DNA from: an uncultured Candidatus Actinomarina sp.
GTDB lineage: Bacteria > Actinomycetota > Acidimicrobiia > Actinomarinales > Actinomarinaceae
Reading direction: 5' to 3'
DNA: 54,726 nt
NCBI GenBank assembly: GCA_902627635.1
Contig: CACOKA010000003.1
Location: forward strand, 1-54,726
The position numbers and the translations under genes were made by a program. Every line of letters starts with the position of its first letter. Positions within the stretch are counted from its first letter, which is position 1. The notes under the pieces are model-generated. The model was not told where the DNA came from and did no database searches. It saw only the letters and a list, made by a program, of their open reading frames with translations. Of the stretch, positions 1-9,371 are shown piece by piece.

Positions 1-849
1 AAAAGTAAAAAGACATTAATTTTATTTTTTGCTTTAGCAATGGTTGCATCCGCATGTTCCAGTGCGGCAGTACCTTGTGATGAAGTAGAAATTACAACTG
101 GTGACAATGGTTTACCAGATCTTGATGGATGTGAGTTCACATTTGCAGTAGAAAATGCATACTTACCATTCAACTACATTGATCCAGCAGATGGAGAAGG
201 TAAAGGATGGGATTACGATGTATTTAACTATCTCGCAGAAGAAATGAATTTCACACCTGTTTTTGTAGCCGCAGCATGGGATGGAATGATACAAGCTGTT
301 GCTGATGGTCAATATATGATCGCAGGTGACGGAATTTCAATTACAGCTGAACGAGATAAAATTGTAGATTTTTCTGACAGTTACATTGTTCTACAACAAA
401 GAATGCTTGTAGCAGCAGATAATGATTCAATTACTAGTCCAGCAGATATTCAAAATGGTGACTTTAAAGTAGCTACTCAAAAAGGAACAACTAACTATGA
501 ATTAGCAGTGAGTCTTTTTGGAGCTGATAAAGTTGATGCTTATGATCAATTTGATTTTGCAATAGCAGCCGTTATCTCTGGTGATGCTGATGCATCAATT
601 GTTGATGAAGTAGCTGGATTAGGCTACATGGGTGCAAATAAGGACAAGGTTAAACTTGTGGGTGAAGGTCTACAAACTGACCCTCTAGGTTTTGCATTTC
701 CTGATGGCAGTCCACTTGTTGCAGTAGTTAACGAAGGACTTGCACACATGAAAGATAACGGAAAACTACAAGAGATTAATGATAAGTTTTTCTCACCAGG
801 GTTTACTGTTACTTATGACGATATAGCTGAAGTTACTTACGACGAGTAA
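1..849 (+). CDS. ABC transporter substrate-binding lipoprotein, polar amino acid (PBPb/family 3); 5'-truncated by window edge
   Basis: Frame is open from base 1 (KSKKTLILFFALAMVASAC = signal peptide with lipobox Cys). Family-3 motifs AYLPFNY, GWDYDV, AWDGMIQAV, SITAERDKIVDFSDSY. Confidence 0.88.
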   Translation, partial: KSKKTLILFFALAMVASACSSAAVPCDEVEITTGDNGLPDLDGCEFTFAVENAYLPFNYIDPADGEGKGWDYDVFNYLAEEMNFTPVFVAAAWDGMIQAVADGQYMIAGDGISITAERDKIVDFSDSYIVLQQRMLVAADNDSITSPADIQNGDFKVATQKGTTNYELAVSLFGADKVDAYDQFDFAIAAVISGDADASIVDEVAGLGYMGANKDKVKLVGEGLQTDPLGFAFPDGSPLVAVVNEGLAHMKDNGKLQEINDKFFSPGFTVTYDDIAEVTYDE

Positions 850-868
850 ATTTTAATTATATTTGATT

Positions 869-900
869 CAATAGGCACGGTTATCCGTGCCTATTGTTTT
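869..900 (+). terminator. Intrinsic terminator
   Basis: Perfect 12-bp stem CAATAGGCACGG-ttat-CCGTGCCTATTG followed by TTTT, 20 nt after the ABC SBP stop. Confidence 0.88.
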
Positions 901-944
901 ATCATATAAATAATGATTAAAAAAATTTTTAATGTAGAAAATTC

Positions 945-1052
945 ATGGGTTTTGATCCGAATAAACCATATAAAGCTAACAGAGTAGATTATGCAAATAT
1001 CATATTTGCGCTAATCATCACACTTGTGGTTGTTGCGTGGGCCCTAAGTTAA
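945..1052 (+). CDS. Small single-pass membrane protein, 35 aa (not in ORF track)
   Basis: Manual translation MGFDPNKPYKANRVDYANIIFALIITLVVVAWALS*: polar N-terminus plus one hydrophobic helix. Overlaps the rnhB 3' end convergently. Confidence 0.6.
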   Translation: MGFDPNKPYKANRVDYANIIFALIITLVVVAWALS

Positions 1053-1620
1053 AAGAAAGTCTATGTATATCACAAACTCCATATTTTTGAATCATATTTA
1101 AATGTTCTCTTGTTCCGTAACCTTTATTTTTTTCAAAAAAATATTGAGGATATTTTGATCCAAAATCTACCATTAAATTATCTCTGTAGACCTTTGCAAC
1201 AATACTTGCCAGTGCAATGGAGTAACTATTATCTTCTCCCCTAACCAGAGATATAGAACCAAATTTGTCTATTTTGAAATGATCAACATAGACTTTGTCT
1301 GATTTCTGATATAACTCATTAATAGAATTAAACAATACTTCTTTGTTTGAGACAGATATGCCATTTTGGTCAATATGTAAATTTGAACATTCTGAAATAG
1401 AATATTCGATTCTATTTTCTTTTACCCTTTCATAAATTTCTTCTCTTTTTTTTGGGGATAATTTTTTAGAATCTTTTACATCACTTAACAAATCTAAATG
1501 TTGAAATTCAAGCTTAACGGCAGCTCCAACAATAGGCCCAGCTAATGAACCACGACCAACTTCGTCAGCACCGATAATACTTTGATTTTTATTTTTGGCC
1601 CAATTTTGATCTTCAATCAT
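1018..1620 (-). CDS. rnhB: Ribonuclease HII
   Basis: GADEVGRGSLAGP, DSKKLS, IALASIVAKVYRD, NKGYGT, HRLSF motifs; follows lepB in conserved order. Confidence 0.96.
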   Translation of the reverse strand: MIEDQNWAKNKNQSIIGADEVGRGSLAGPIVGAAVKLEFQHLDLLSDVKDSKKLSPKKREEIYERVKENRIEYSISECSNLHIDQNGISVSNKEVLFNSINELYQKSDKVYVDHFKIDKFGSISLVRGEDNSYSIALASIVAKVYRDNLMVDFGSKYPQYFFEKNKGYGTREHLNMIQKYGVCDIHRLSFNLGPTQQPQV

Positions 1621-2203
1621 TTAAATTCTTGAATTCACTGAATGGATATATTTTTAAATAGGCTTTACCAATTATTCTTTCGCTTGAGATAGGACCAAAC
1701 ATTCTCGAATCGAAACTGTTCTCTCTGTTATCTCCTAAAAGAAAATATTCATTTTCAGATAATTTAATCTCAAACATATCTCCGTTGTTTAGATTATTTA
1801 CATTTTGGATTTCTAACTCAATGTCATTTACGAAAATTGATCCATTACTTCCTATATTTACTTGATCACCAGGCGTACCTACTATTCGCTTAATATATAC
1901 CGTGCCTTGATCATTAACTTCATTTTGAGTAATTAGATTCCATATTTTTAAATTACTTATCAAAAGGTCGGTGTTTAATGGAATTGAGGACTGTGGAGCG
2001 TAAAATACGACAATATCACCTAAACTATATTCGTAATTAATAATCTCATCTTTTACAACTAAAACCCTATCGTCAATATTTATATTAGGAAACATTGACA
2101 AACTTGGAATGAAATATATTTGAAATAAAAATGTTCTTAAAACTGTAGCTAATACAAAGGCAGCTAATATGGTTGTGAAATTTTTAAGAAATTTAATAAT
2201 AAT
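1613..2203 (-). CDS. lepB: Signal peptidase I (start extended upstream of ORF-track call, probable ATT start)
   Basis: YIKRIVG catalytic Lys box, GDNRENSFDSR. The frame stays open upstream of 2101 and encodes the TM anchor and FIPSLSM Ser box (IIIKFLKNFTTILAAFVLATVLRTFLFQIYFIPSLSMFP), up to an in-frame TAA at 2212-2210. Confidence 0.9.
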   Translation of the reverse strand: MIIKFLKNFTTILAAFVLATVLRTFLFQIYFIPSLSMFPNINIDDRVLVVKDEIINYEYSLGDIVVFYAPQSSIPLNTDLLISNLKIWNLITQNEVNDQGTVYIKRIVGTPGDQVNIGSNGSIFVNDIELEIQNVNNLNNGDMFEIKLSENEYFLLGDNRENSFDSRMFGPISSERIIGKAYLKIYPFSEFKNLND

Positions 2204-2214
2204 TTTATTTTACT

Positions 2215-2562
2215 TTAGGTAGTTCTGTCTTCTTTGATTTTTGCAGATTTTCCGATTCTATCTCTTAGATAATAAAGTTTTGATCTTCTTACTTTACCTT
2301 TACGCGTAACCTCTATTGAATCAATAATTGGTGCATGTATTGGAAATATTCTTTCAACACCAACTCCAAAAGAAAGTTTACGGACTGTTATCGTTTTGTT
2401 GACAGAAACACCTTTTAAAGAGATAACAACACCCTCATAGGTTTGAATTCTTTCCCTATTGCCTTCTGAAACTTTGACGTTAACTTTTACAGTATCACCA
2501 GCTTTAATATCAGGTAAATCTGTTTTCAGTTGGTTGTTTTCAATTTCTTGTATTAAATTCAT
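2215..2562 (-). CDS. rplS: 50S ribosomal protein L19
   Basis: [38 protein letters not shown]; SD-like GAGGGA upstream. Confidence 0.99.
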   Translation of the reverse strand: MNLIQEIENNQLKTDLPDIKAGDTVKVNVKVSEGNRERIQTYEGVVISLKGVSVNKTITVRKLSFGVGVERIFPIHAPIIDSIEVTRKGKVRRSKLYYLRDRIGKSAKIKEDRTT

Positions 2563-2598
2563 GTTCCCTCAATTTGAAATTATAGATATGGAAAGAGT

Positions 2599-3237
2599 TT
2601 AAATGTCTTTTAAATTATTCTTTTTCCATTCTTCAATTCTTTTATGATCGCCAGATAGCAAAACTTCAGGAACATTAAGGTTTTCATAAATTTCAGGTCT
2701 TGTATACACAGGAAAATCAGATTTATTGTTTGTAAATGATTCATTTGTTAGAGATTCTGAATTTCCAAGAATTCCTGGAATTTTTCTTACTAGAGCTTCA
2801 ATTAAAAACATCGCAGGAACCTCTCCACCAGATACAACCGTCTGTCCGATCGCAATTTCATAATCGCTGTGCATTTCGAGTATTCTTTGATCAAAGCCTT
2901 CATATCTTCCACAAATGATATTTGCTGATTCATATCCGTGAAGATCTTGTATCAAATCTTCATTTAATTGTTGTCCACTTGGTGTCAAAAATATGTTGAT
3001 ATCTTTCTTTGATTCTTTAATTGCATTATCTAAAGGCTCAACCATTAATACCATGCCTGGTCCTCCACCGTATGGAGCGTCATCTACTTGTTTATAACTA
3101 CCAATGCCATAATCTCTTAAATTAGTACTGCTAAATTCAAATAATTTTTCTTCAATACCATGGGAAAGTACGCCAACATTAATCCACTTTTGAAATATCT
3201 CAGGGAATAAAGTAATAACGTTAAAGTTTGATAACAT
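2599..3237 (-). CDS. trmD: tRNA (guanine-37-N1)-methyltransferase
   Basis: ITLFPE, VDDAPYGGGPGMV, ICGRYEGFDQR, SGGEVPA, YTRPE, VPEVLLSGDH. Confidence 0.97.
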   Translation of the reverse strand: MLSNFNVITLFPEIFQKWINVGVLSHGIEEKLFEFSSTNLRDYGIGSYKQVDDAPYGGGPGMVLMVEPLDNAIKESKKDINIFLTPSGQQLNEDLIQDLHGYESANIICGRYEGFDQRILEMHSDYEIAIGQTVVSGGEVPAMFLIEALVRKIPGILGNSESLTNESFTNNKSDFPVYTRPEIYENLNVPEVLLSGDHKRIEEWKKNNLKDI

Positions 3238-5068
3238 TCTCTAAATTTGAAATTGCAGACAAGCTCTTTTTTTCTGTATAAAGAGTATTTCTTAAATAAG
3301 GCTTCTTTTTACTTTTCTCAATAAGTTCAACAAATTCTATATCAGTTGTGTGCTGACCGTGATCAGCACCTGAAGCTCTACTAATATTTTCATTGATTAG
3401 TGTTCCACCAAGGTCATTTACACCTGCATGAAGTAGTTTTGAGGCACCATCGTGTCCCAGTTTTACCCAACTTGCCTGAATATTATCGATTGAACCATAA
3501 AAATAAATTCTTGCAAGAGCATGGATTAGGGTTACTTCATCCCAAGTAGGTCCTGGCATACTTTTTCCTTGAAGAAAAATTGGTGAACCCATGTGAACAA
3601 AAGGCAATGGAACTATTTCAGTAAAGCCCTTAGTTCTCTTTTGAATCCTTTTAATTAAATCAAAATGATTAACCCAAGATTTTATATCATCAATATGACC
3701 AAACATAATTGTTGCTGTAGATTTAATTTCTAAAGAATGGGCCACTTCCATAACATATCCCCATTGTTCAGATGTAATTTTATCTGGACATAAATATTTT
3801 CTTATTCTGTTATCAAGTATTTCAGCTGCTGTACCTGGTAGTGTATTTAATCCTGCATCCTTAAGTAAGTTTAGGTAATCTTCGACACTTAAATTTATAG
3901 TTTCAGCACCCTGCCAAATTTCTAACGGAGTAAATCCGTGTATATGTATATCAGGTATTTCTTTTTTAATCTGTTTTACAAGTTCTAAATAAAATTTACC
4001 AGTGTACTCAGGATTAATACCCCCTTGCAAGCATACTTCAGAAGCTCCGTCGTTAAAAGCTTCAACACTTCGTTTCACAACTTCTTTTGGCTCCAAATTG
4101 TATGGTTTTTCTTTGAGGTTAAGACTTTTTGGTCCTTTGGAGAATCCACAAAAGCCACACTTAAAATAGCATTGGTTTGTGTAGTTAATATTACGATTTT
4201 TGACAAAAGTTACATCATCTTTATTAATTGAACGATTTAAATTATCTGCAACTTCTGCGATTTTGTTTATGTACTTACCGGACGTTTTAAAAAGTTCTTC
4301 TAGTTCATCATTACTAATTTCATTTCCTTCTTGAGCTTTAGATAAGATTTTTTCAAAATTAGTTGATTTGAAGGATGATGAAACGTTATATGTTAATCCA
4401 TTTAGTTTAGGAATTTCCTTTCCAGAGCCTGGAGACCAATTTGTAGGAAATCGTTTATAACCTCTTACATCTCGTAATTGTAAAAAATTAGTAAATTGAA
4501 TTTTTGATAGTAATTTTCGAGCTTTATTTACATCAACAAGAGAAAATAGTGTTCTCTCGAATAATTCGAAGTTTGAATTATTTTTTAATTCTTTTATCTC
4601 TTTATAACTCCAGTCTCTTAGCCAAAGATCTTCCACTCCTTTTGCCATAGATTCCTTTGCCTCCTCTATGGAGTTAACATATTTTGAAATTTTAAAATTA
4701 AGTGAAGGTTGAATACTCTTTAAAAATTTTATGTTTTCTAAATCTGTAAGAAGTACATAGGATGGATTTAATCGTGTAATTACGTCCATGTCATTTTCTA
4801 AATTATTAGAGGATCTATAAACTATCCTAAGGGAATCAACATCTTCAAATTCTTTCCAGTTTTTGTAAGTTACAAACCATTGAAATGACTCATCAAGTTT
4901 GTTGTCTGAAATTGTTTGAAAATCTTTTTTATGTATTTTTTCAAGATCAACTGGTTTGTCTATATAAAAAGATGAAGTTCCCTCTTTTTTTCTTGAATTT
5001 AAATAAATTTCATTATCTGAATCACATGGACGAATCCTCAGAAAAGATATGTTATTTTGTAAATTCAT
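3221..5068 (-). CDS. cofH: FO synthase subunit CofH (radical SAM) with ~220-aa N-terminal extension
   Basis: NRNINYTNQCYFKCGFCGF (CxxxCxxC), EVCLQGG, PGTAAEILD, TIMFGH, NIQASWVKLG, NDLGGTLINENISRASGA. Start placed at ATG 5068 overlapping the cofG end (ORF track starts at 5092). Confidence 0.9.
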   Translation of the reverse strand: MNLQNNISFLRIRPCDSDNEIYLNSRKKEGTSSFYIDKPVDLEKIHKKDFQTISDNKLDESFQWFVTYKNWKEFEDVDSLRIVYRSSNNLENDMDVITRLNPSYVLLTDLENIKFLKSIQPSLNFKISKYVNSIEEAKESMAKGVEDLWLRDWSYKEIKELKNNSNFELFERTLFSLVDVNKARKLLSKIQFTNFLQLRDVRGYKRFPTNWSPGSGKEIPKLNGLTYNVSSSFKSTNFEKILSKAQEGNEISNDELEELFKTSGKYINKIAEVADNLNRSINKDDVTFVKNRNINYTNQCYFKCGFCGFSKGPKSLNLKEKPYNLEPKEVVKRSVEAFNDGASEVCLQGGINPEYTGKFYLELVKQIKKEIPDIHIHGFTPLEIWQGAETINLSVEDYLNLLKDAGLNTLPGTAAEILDNRIRKYLCPDKITSEQWGYVMEVAHSLEIKSTATIMFGHIDDIKSWVNHFDLIKRIQKRTKGFTEIVPLPFVHMGSPIFLQGKSMPGPTWDEVTLIHALARIYFYGSIDNIQASWVKLGHDGASKLLHAGVNDLGGTLINENISRASGADHGQHTTDIEFVELIEKSKKKPYLRNTLYTEKKSLSAISNLENVIKL

Positions 5069-6176
5069 GTTCTTTTGGGTATCCATTTTCATTAACTACA
5101 CTACTTACTTTTTCATAAATACTTGGGCTTAACCAGTCTTTATTTATATACGAAGGATAGACAGGTAAACGAGGGATAAGATTTTGATCTGTTTGTTTAA
5201 TTACATTTTTAAGTTCGATTAGATTTGGCCAATTATGATCTGGATTTACCCAATCAATTGTTTTTGGAGATATTCCTCCAAGATCATTTATTCCAGATTT
5301 TAAGAATAATTCTATATTGCTTGCTAAATTTGGGGGTATTTGTAATGAAATATGATTTGGCAAAAATAACCGTGTTGTTGCAATAATTCTCATAAATAGG
5401 TCGTTTACAATTTCTGAATGGTTCTTCATTAGTGTATTTTGCTTGGCTCTGAAATTTTGAAGTATCACTTCCTGAATCGATGTATTTACTTCGCAGGTTT
5501 TAATAAGTTGATATATGTCTTGAATGATTTCATTTTTAGTATCAGTAATTCCCAACAATAGACCAGTGGTCATTGGATATTTTTCACTCATTGCATTTTC
5601 AAGAGTTTCTAATCTTAAGTTTATATTTTTAGTTTTTGCCCCATAATGTGCTTTACCTTTTTGAGATAAATTTTTTGAAAAGGATTCAAGCATTAAGCCC
5701 CCAGATGGTGATTGTTGCCTGTATTCTTTAATTTCGTTTCTTGACATTAAACCAGGATTAATATGGGGAAATAAATGGTATTTTTCATTCACTCTTTTTG
5801 CATTTTCAATCAAGTAATCAAAAGTTGTACTAAAACCTAATCGTTCTAGCTCCTCTTTTGCAAAAGACCATTTAATTTCTGGTTTATCCCCGAGTGTAAA
5901 AAGAGCTTCAAAACATCCTGATTTATCTCCCACATTTGCGATAGCATCAACTTCTTCAAATGTAAGATATGTACCTCCATCTTTGGGAGTTTTTACAAAA
6001 GTGCAATAAGCACAAGCGTCCTGACATAATGTTGTTAAAGGGATAAATACTTTAGGACTATAAGTAATTGTTTTACCAAAATTTTGAACTTTAACATCAT
6101 AGGCTTTATCAAGTAACTCTGAAGTTGGCATATTTCCAAAAATATAATTTTCAATTTTTTTATCTAAAGTAGACAT
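5052..6176 (-). CDS. cofG: FO synthase subunit CofG (radical SAM)
   Basis: ITYSPKVFIPLTTLCQDACAYCTF, EALFTLGDKPE, PHINPG, EVILQNFRAK, DLGGISPKTIDWVNPD; start at ATG 6176 or upstream GTG/TTG. Confidence 0.93.
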   Translation of the reverse strand: MSTLDKKIENYIFGNMPTSELLDKAYDVKVQNFGKTITYSPKVFIPLTTLCQDACAYCTFVKTPKDGGTYLTFEEVDAIANVGDKSGCFEALFTLGDKPEIKWSFAKEELERLGFSTTFDYLIENAKRVNEKYHLFPHINPGLMSRNEIKEYRQQSPSGGLMLESFSKNLSQKGKAHYGAKTKNINLRLETLENAMSEKYPMTTGLLLGITDTKNEIIQDIYQLIKTCEVNTSIQEVILQNFRAKQNTLMKNHSEIVNDLFMRIIATTRLFLPNHISLQIPPNLASNIELFLKSGINDLGGISPKTIDWVNPDHNWPNLIELKNVIKQTDQNLIPRLPVYPSYINKDWLSPSIYEKVSSVVNENGYPKEHEFTK

Positions 6177-6254
6177 AATTTTCAACAATTCGATAATATT
6201 ATGATTTGATTGTACCAATATTTTTGTAAAAAAAACAGAAGTGAGGAATGACAG

Positions 6255-7265
6255 TTGGTTAACATATCTTTAGTTGGTTTCGGAAGAGTTGGTAGGGACA
6301 TCTTTAGACAAACTCTGGAAGAAGACAATATAAATATCGTATCTGTATCTGATACTGCAGATAAAGATAATTTAATTTACTTACTTAAATACGATTCAAT
6401 TTATGGAAAATTGAGTCATGAAGTAAATATCTCTGATGACGTAGTAACGGTTAATGGACAAGAAACTATCTTTAATTCCTGGAAAAATGCAGATGAATCT
6501 GATTGGACGAGTCTAAATACGGATATTGTCATATTAGCTACTGGTAAACCTCAAAATTTAGATGAAGCTCAAAATCATATCTCTAAAGGTGCAAAGAAAG
6601 TATTTATAGCTTCAACTCCAGTTGATTTTTCAAATATTCCATTGCTCGTGTCTGGATGCAACGATGAATCAATCAGTTTGGAATCAGACATTATTTCTTT
6701 TGGCTCAAATACTGCAAATGCGGTTGGTCCCATTCTAAAAGTTATTGAGTCTGAGTATGGAATTAATGAAGTATTTTTAACGACGGTTCATGGATATTCA
6801 AATTCGAATCGTCTTGCTGATGTTGCGGGTGCTGGATTTAGAAAAAATCGAGCAGCTGGAGAAAATATCATACCATCAGTTACTAATTCATCAAAAGTTA
6901 TTGAGAGTGCGTTACCAATGCTTAAAGATAAAATAGCTTCGTTTTCAATGACAGTACCCGTACCAGATGGAAGTACGATCGATTTGACTCTGAATCTAAA
7001 AACTAAAACATCTAAAGATGAAGTAAATAGTTATCTTGAGAAAGTTACTGCAGATAATTTACTGAAAAATATTATTGGATTTACATATGATCCAATAGTT
7101 TCTTCAGATGTGGTTGGAAATTCTCTTTCTGGGTTAATTGATGGATTATCAACTATGTGTATTGATGAAGATAAATTAAAACTTATAATTTGGTTTGATA
7201 ATGGATGGGGTTATGCCTCAAGGATAATTGAAGCTGTGAAATCATCGGAGGTACAATTTGAATAA
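6255..7265 (+). CDS. GAPDH-family paralog lacking the catalytic cysteine (probable pseudoenzyme)
   Basis: GFGRVGR, YDSIYG, TTVHGY, ENIIP, VPVPDGS, WFDNGWGY are GAPDH motifs, but SNASCTTNC reads SFGSNTANA. SD GAGGA precedes the TTG start. Confidence 0.85.
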   Translation: MVNISLVGFGRVGRDIFRQTLEEDNINIVSVSDTADKDNLIYLLKYDSIYGKLSHEVNISDDVVTVNGQETIFNSWKNADESDWTSLNTDIVILATGKPQNLDEAQNHISKGAKKVFIASTPVDFSNIPLLVSGCNDESISLESDIISFGSNTANAVGPILKVIESEYGINEVFLTTVHGYSNSNRLADVAGAGFRKNRAAGENIIPSVTNSSKVIESALPMLKDKIASFSMTVPVPDGSTIDLTLNLKTKTSKDEVNSYLEKVTADNLLKNIIGFTYDPIVSSDVVGNSLSGLIDGLSTMCIDEDKLKLIIWFDNGWGYASRIIEAVKSSEVQFE

Positions 7266-8262
7266 TATTGGAATAAATGGCTTTGGAAGAATAGGTAGGT
7301 CCATTTTAAGAATAATTATTGAATCAAATTCAGATTTAAATGTAATTGCAATTAATGACCTAGGTGATAAGGAAACATTATCATATTTATTTAAACATGA
7401 TTCAATAATGGGAATTTTAAATATGAATGTTGAATTAGAAGATGATTCCTTAATTGTTGGAGATAGAAAAATTAAATTAATATCCCACAGTGATCCTGGA
7501 GAGATTCCTTGGAGTGATTTAGGTGTTGATTTGGTAGTAGAATCAACTGGCTTTTTTAGGGATAAAGACTCGTTAGATAAACATATCTCCTCAGGTGCAA
7601 AAAAAGTTGTTCTAACAGTACCCCCTAAAGATGAAATAGATGCAACAATAGTTTTAGGTGTAAACGACAATTCCTTAAATCCAGACGATAAATTGATTTC
7701 TAATGCATCTTGTACGACTAATTGCTTAGCTCCAATAGCAAAGGTATTAAATGATAACTTTAATATTAAATCAGGATTGATGACAACTGTTCATGCTTAT
7801 ACAAATGACCAAGCTCTAGCAGAGACAACTCATAGTGATTTTAGGAGAGGAAGAAACGCAACACAAAATATAATTCCAACATCTACTGGTGCTGCTAAGG
7901 CTGTTGGTATGGTTTTACCTGAGTTAAATGGAAAACTTGATGGTATGGCTATGAGAGTTCCTGTCCCGAATGGTAGTGTTGTAGACCTTGTTGTTGAAGT
8001 AGAAAAAGAAGTAACAATTGAAGACATAAATAATGCAGTAAAAAATGCCTCTGAAAATGAACTTAAAGGCATTTTAGATTACTCAGATATCCCCCTTGTT
8101 TCTACAGATATTCTCAAGAATCCTCATTCAAGTATTTATGATGCTTCATCAACACAAATACTAAATAACAACCATATCAAAGTAGTTTGCTGGTATGACA
8201 ACGAATGGGGTTATTCAAATCGTGTTGTAGATTTACTTGAAAAATTATCAAAATATGAATGA
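7258..8262 (+). CDS. gap: Glyceraldehyde-3-phosphate dehydrogenase, type I
   Basis: GINGFGRIGR, SNASCTTNCLAP, TTVHAYT, NIIPTSTGAAKAVG, WYDNEWGYSNR. Confidence 0.97.
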   Translation: MNNIGINGFGRIGRSILRIIIESNSDLNVIAINDLGDKETLSYLFKHDSIMGILNMNVELEDDSLIVGDRKIKLISHSDPGEIPWSDLGVDLVVESTGFFRDKDSLDKHISSGAKKVVLTVPPKDEIDATIVLGVNDNSLNPDDKLISNASCTTNCLAPIAKVLNDNFNIKSGLMTTVHAYTNDQALAETTHSDFRRGRNATQNIIPTSTGAAKAVGMVLPELNGKLDGMAMRVPVPNGSVVDLVVEVEKEVTIEDINNAVKNASENELKGILDYSDIPLVSTDILKNPHSSIYDASSTQILNNNHIKVVCWYDNEWGYSNRVVDLLEKLSKYE

Positions 8263-8674
8263 TAAATTGCCTGAGGCACCAAAAGCAGCTGGCAACTATG
8301 TAACAGTGAAAAAGATTGGTGACTTTATATATACTTCAGGACATGTTCCGATTACTGACGAAAAGAAAATTATAGGGAAAATCCCTAATGAAATTTCTAT
8401 AGAGGAAGGGTATGATGCAGCGTCATTATGTGCGGAACTTACTATTGCTTCACTTTTAACAATTTCAGATATAAAAAAATTGATTCCTGTAAATGTACTA
8501 GGATTTGTAAATTCTTCATCTGACTTTACAGATCAACCAAAAGTATTAAATGGCTTTACTGATAAATTAGATGAGTTCTTTTCGGAAAAACCAACAAGGT
8601 CTGCAGTGGGAGTTTCAAGTTTGCCACTTAATGTCTGTGTTGAAGTTCAATCAGTGTTTTATATAAATGAATAA
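8255..8674 (+). CDS. RidA/YjgF (Rid) family protein
   Basis: PKAAGNYV, YTSGHVP, FTDQPKVLNG, TRSAVGVSSLP, VEV; conserved Arg present. Confidence 0.88.
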   Translation: MNDKLPEAPKAAGNYVTVKKIGDFIYTSGHVPITDEKKIIGKIPNEISIEEGYDAASLCAELTIASLLTISDIKKLIPVNVLGFVNSSSDFTDQPKVLNGFTDKLDEFFSEKPTRSAVGVSSLPLNVCVEVQSVFYINE

Positions 8675-9371
8675 TTTTATAGTAGGAATTAGTACAGGGA
8701 ATAAAGATGTAAAAATGTCTGCCGGTGAAATTGAATGCTCAGTTTTAAATTTTGATTTTATAAAACAATGTAACAATCATGGAGCACAAGTTAATATTAT
8801 CCCGCAACAAAATAGGGAATCAATTAATTTATCTGGAATAAACGCACTCATAGTTACTGGCGGAGGTGATATAAATCCGAAAATGTATGACCAAAACCAA
8901 GATGATACTGTAGAAAGAGTGGATGATTTACGTGACTCAACAGAATTGAACCTACTTAAAGAGGCTGAGAATAAAAATATTAGAACATTGGCTATATGCA
9001 GAGGACATCAACTATTAAATGTTTACAAGGGTGGAACACTTCATCAAGATCTAAAAAAAAGTGGTTTTAATGAAATTGAACACCAAAAACCTTATGATGA
9101 CGCGAGAAGATATGTTCATAAAATAAACATTGAAAAAGAGACAAAATTAGAAGGCATTGTCCAAGAAAGTAATTTTGAAGTTAATAGTATACATCATCAA
9201 GGTATCGATAAATTAGGTGATGATTTAATTATTTCTGCAAGATCTGAGGATGATGTTATCGAAGGAATTGAAATAACAAATGGCTGGGATGCAATTGGAA
9301 TACAGTGGCATCCTGAATATTTAGATGATGAACCAACAAGTAAAATATATGACTGGTTAATTAACAGTTAG
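8667..9371 (+). CDS. Gamma-glutamyl-gamma-aminobutyrate hydrolase family (peptidase C26, PuuD-like class I glutamine amidotransferase)
   Basis: TGGGDINP, ICRGHQLLNV (nucleophile Cys), VNSIHHQ, IQWHPE. Confidence 0.88.
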   Translation: MNNFIVGISTGNKDVKMSAGEIECSVLNFDFIKQCNNHGAQVNIIPQQNRESINLSGINALIVTGGGDINPKMYDQNQDDTVERVDDLRDSTELNLLKEAENKNIRTLAICRGHQLLNVYKGGTLHQDLKKSGFNEIEHQKPYDDARRYVHKINIEKETKLEGIVQESNFEVNSIHHQGIDKLGDDLIISARSEDDVIEGIEITNGWDAIGIQWHPEYLDDEPTSKIYDWLINS

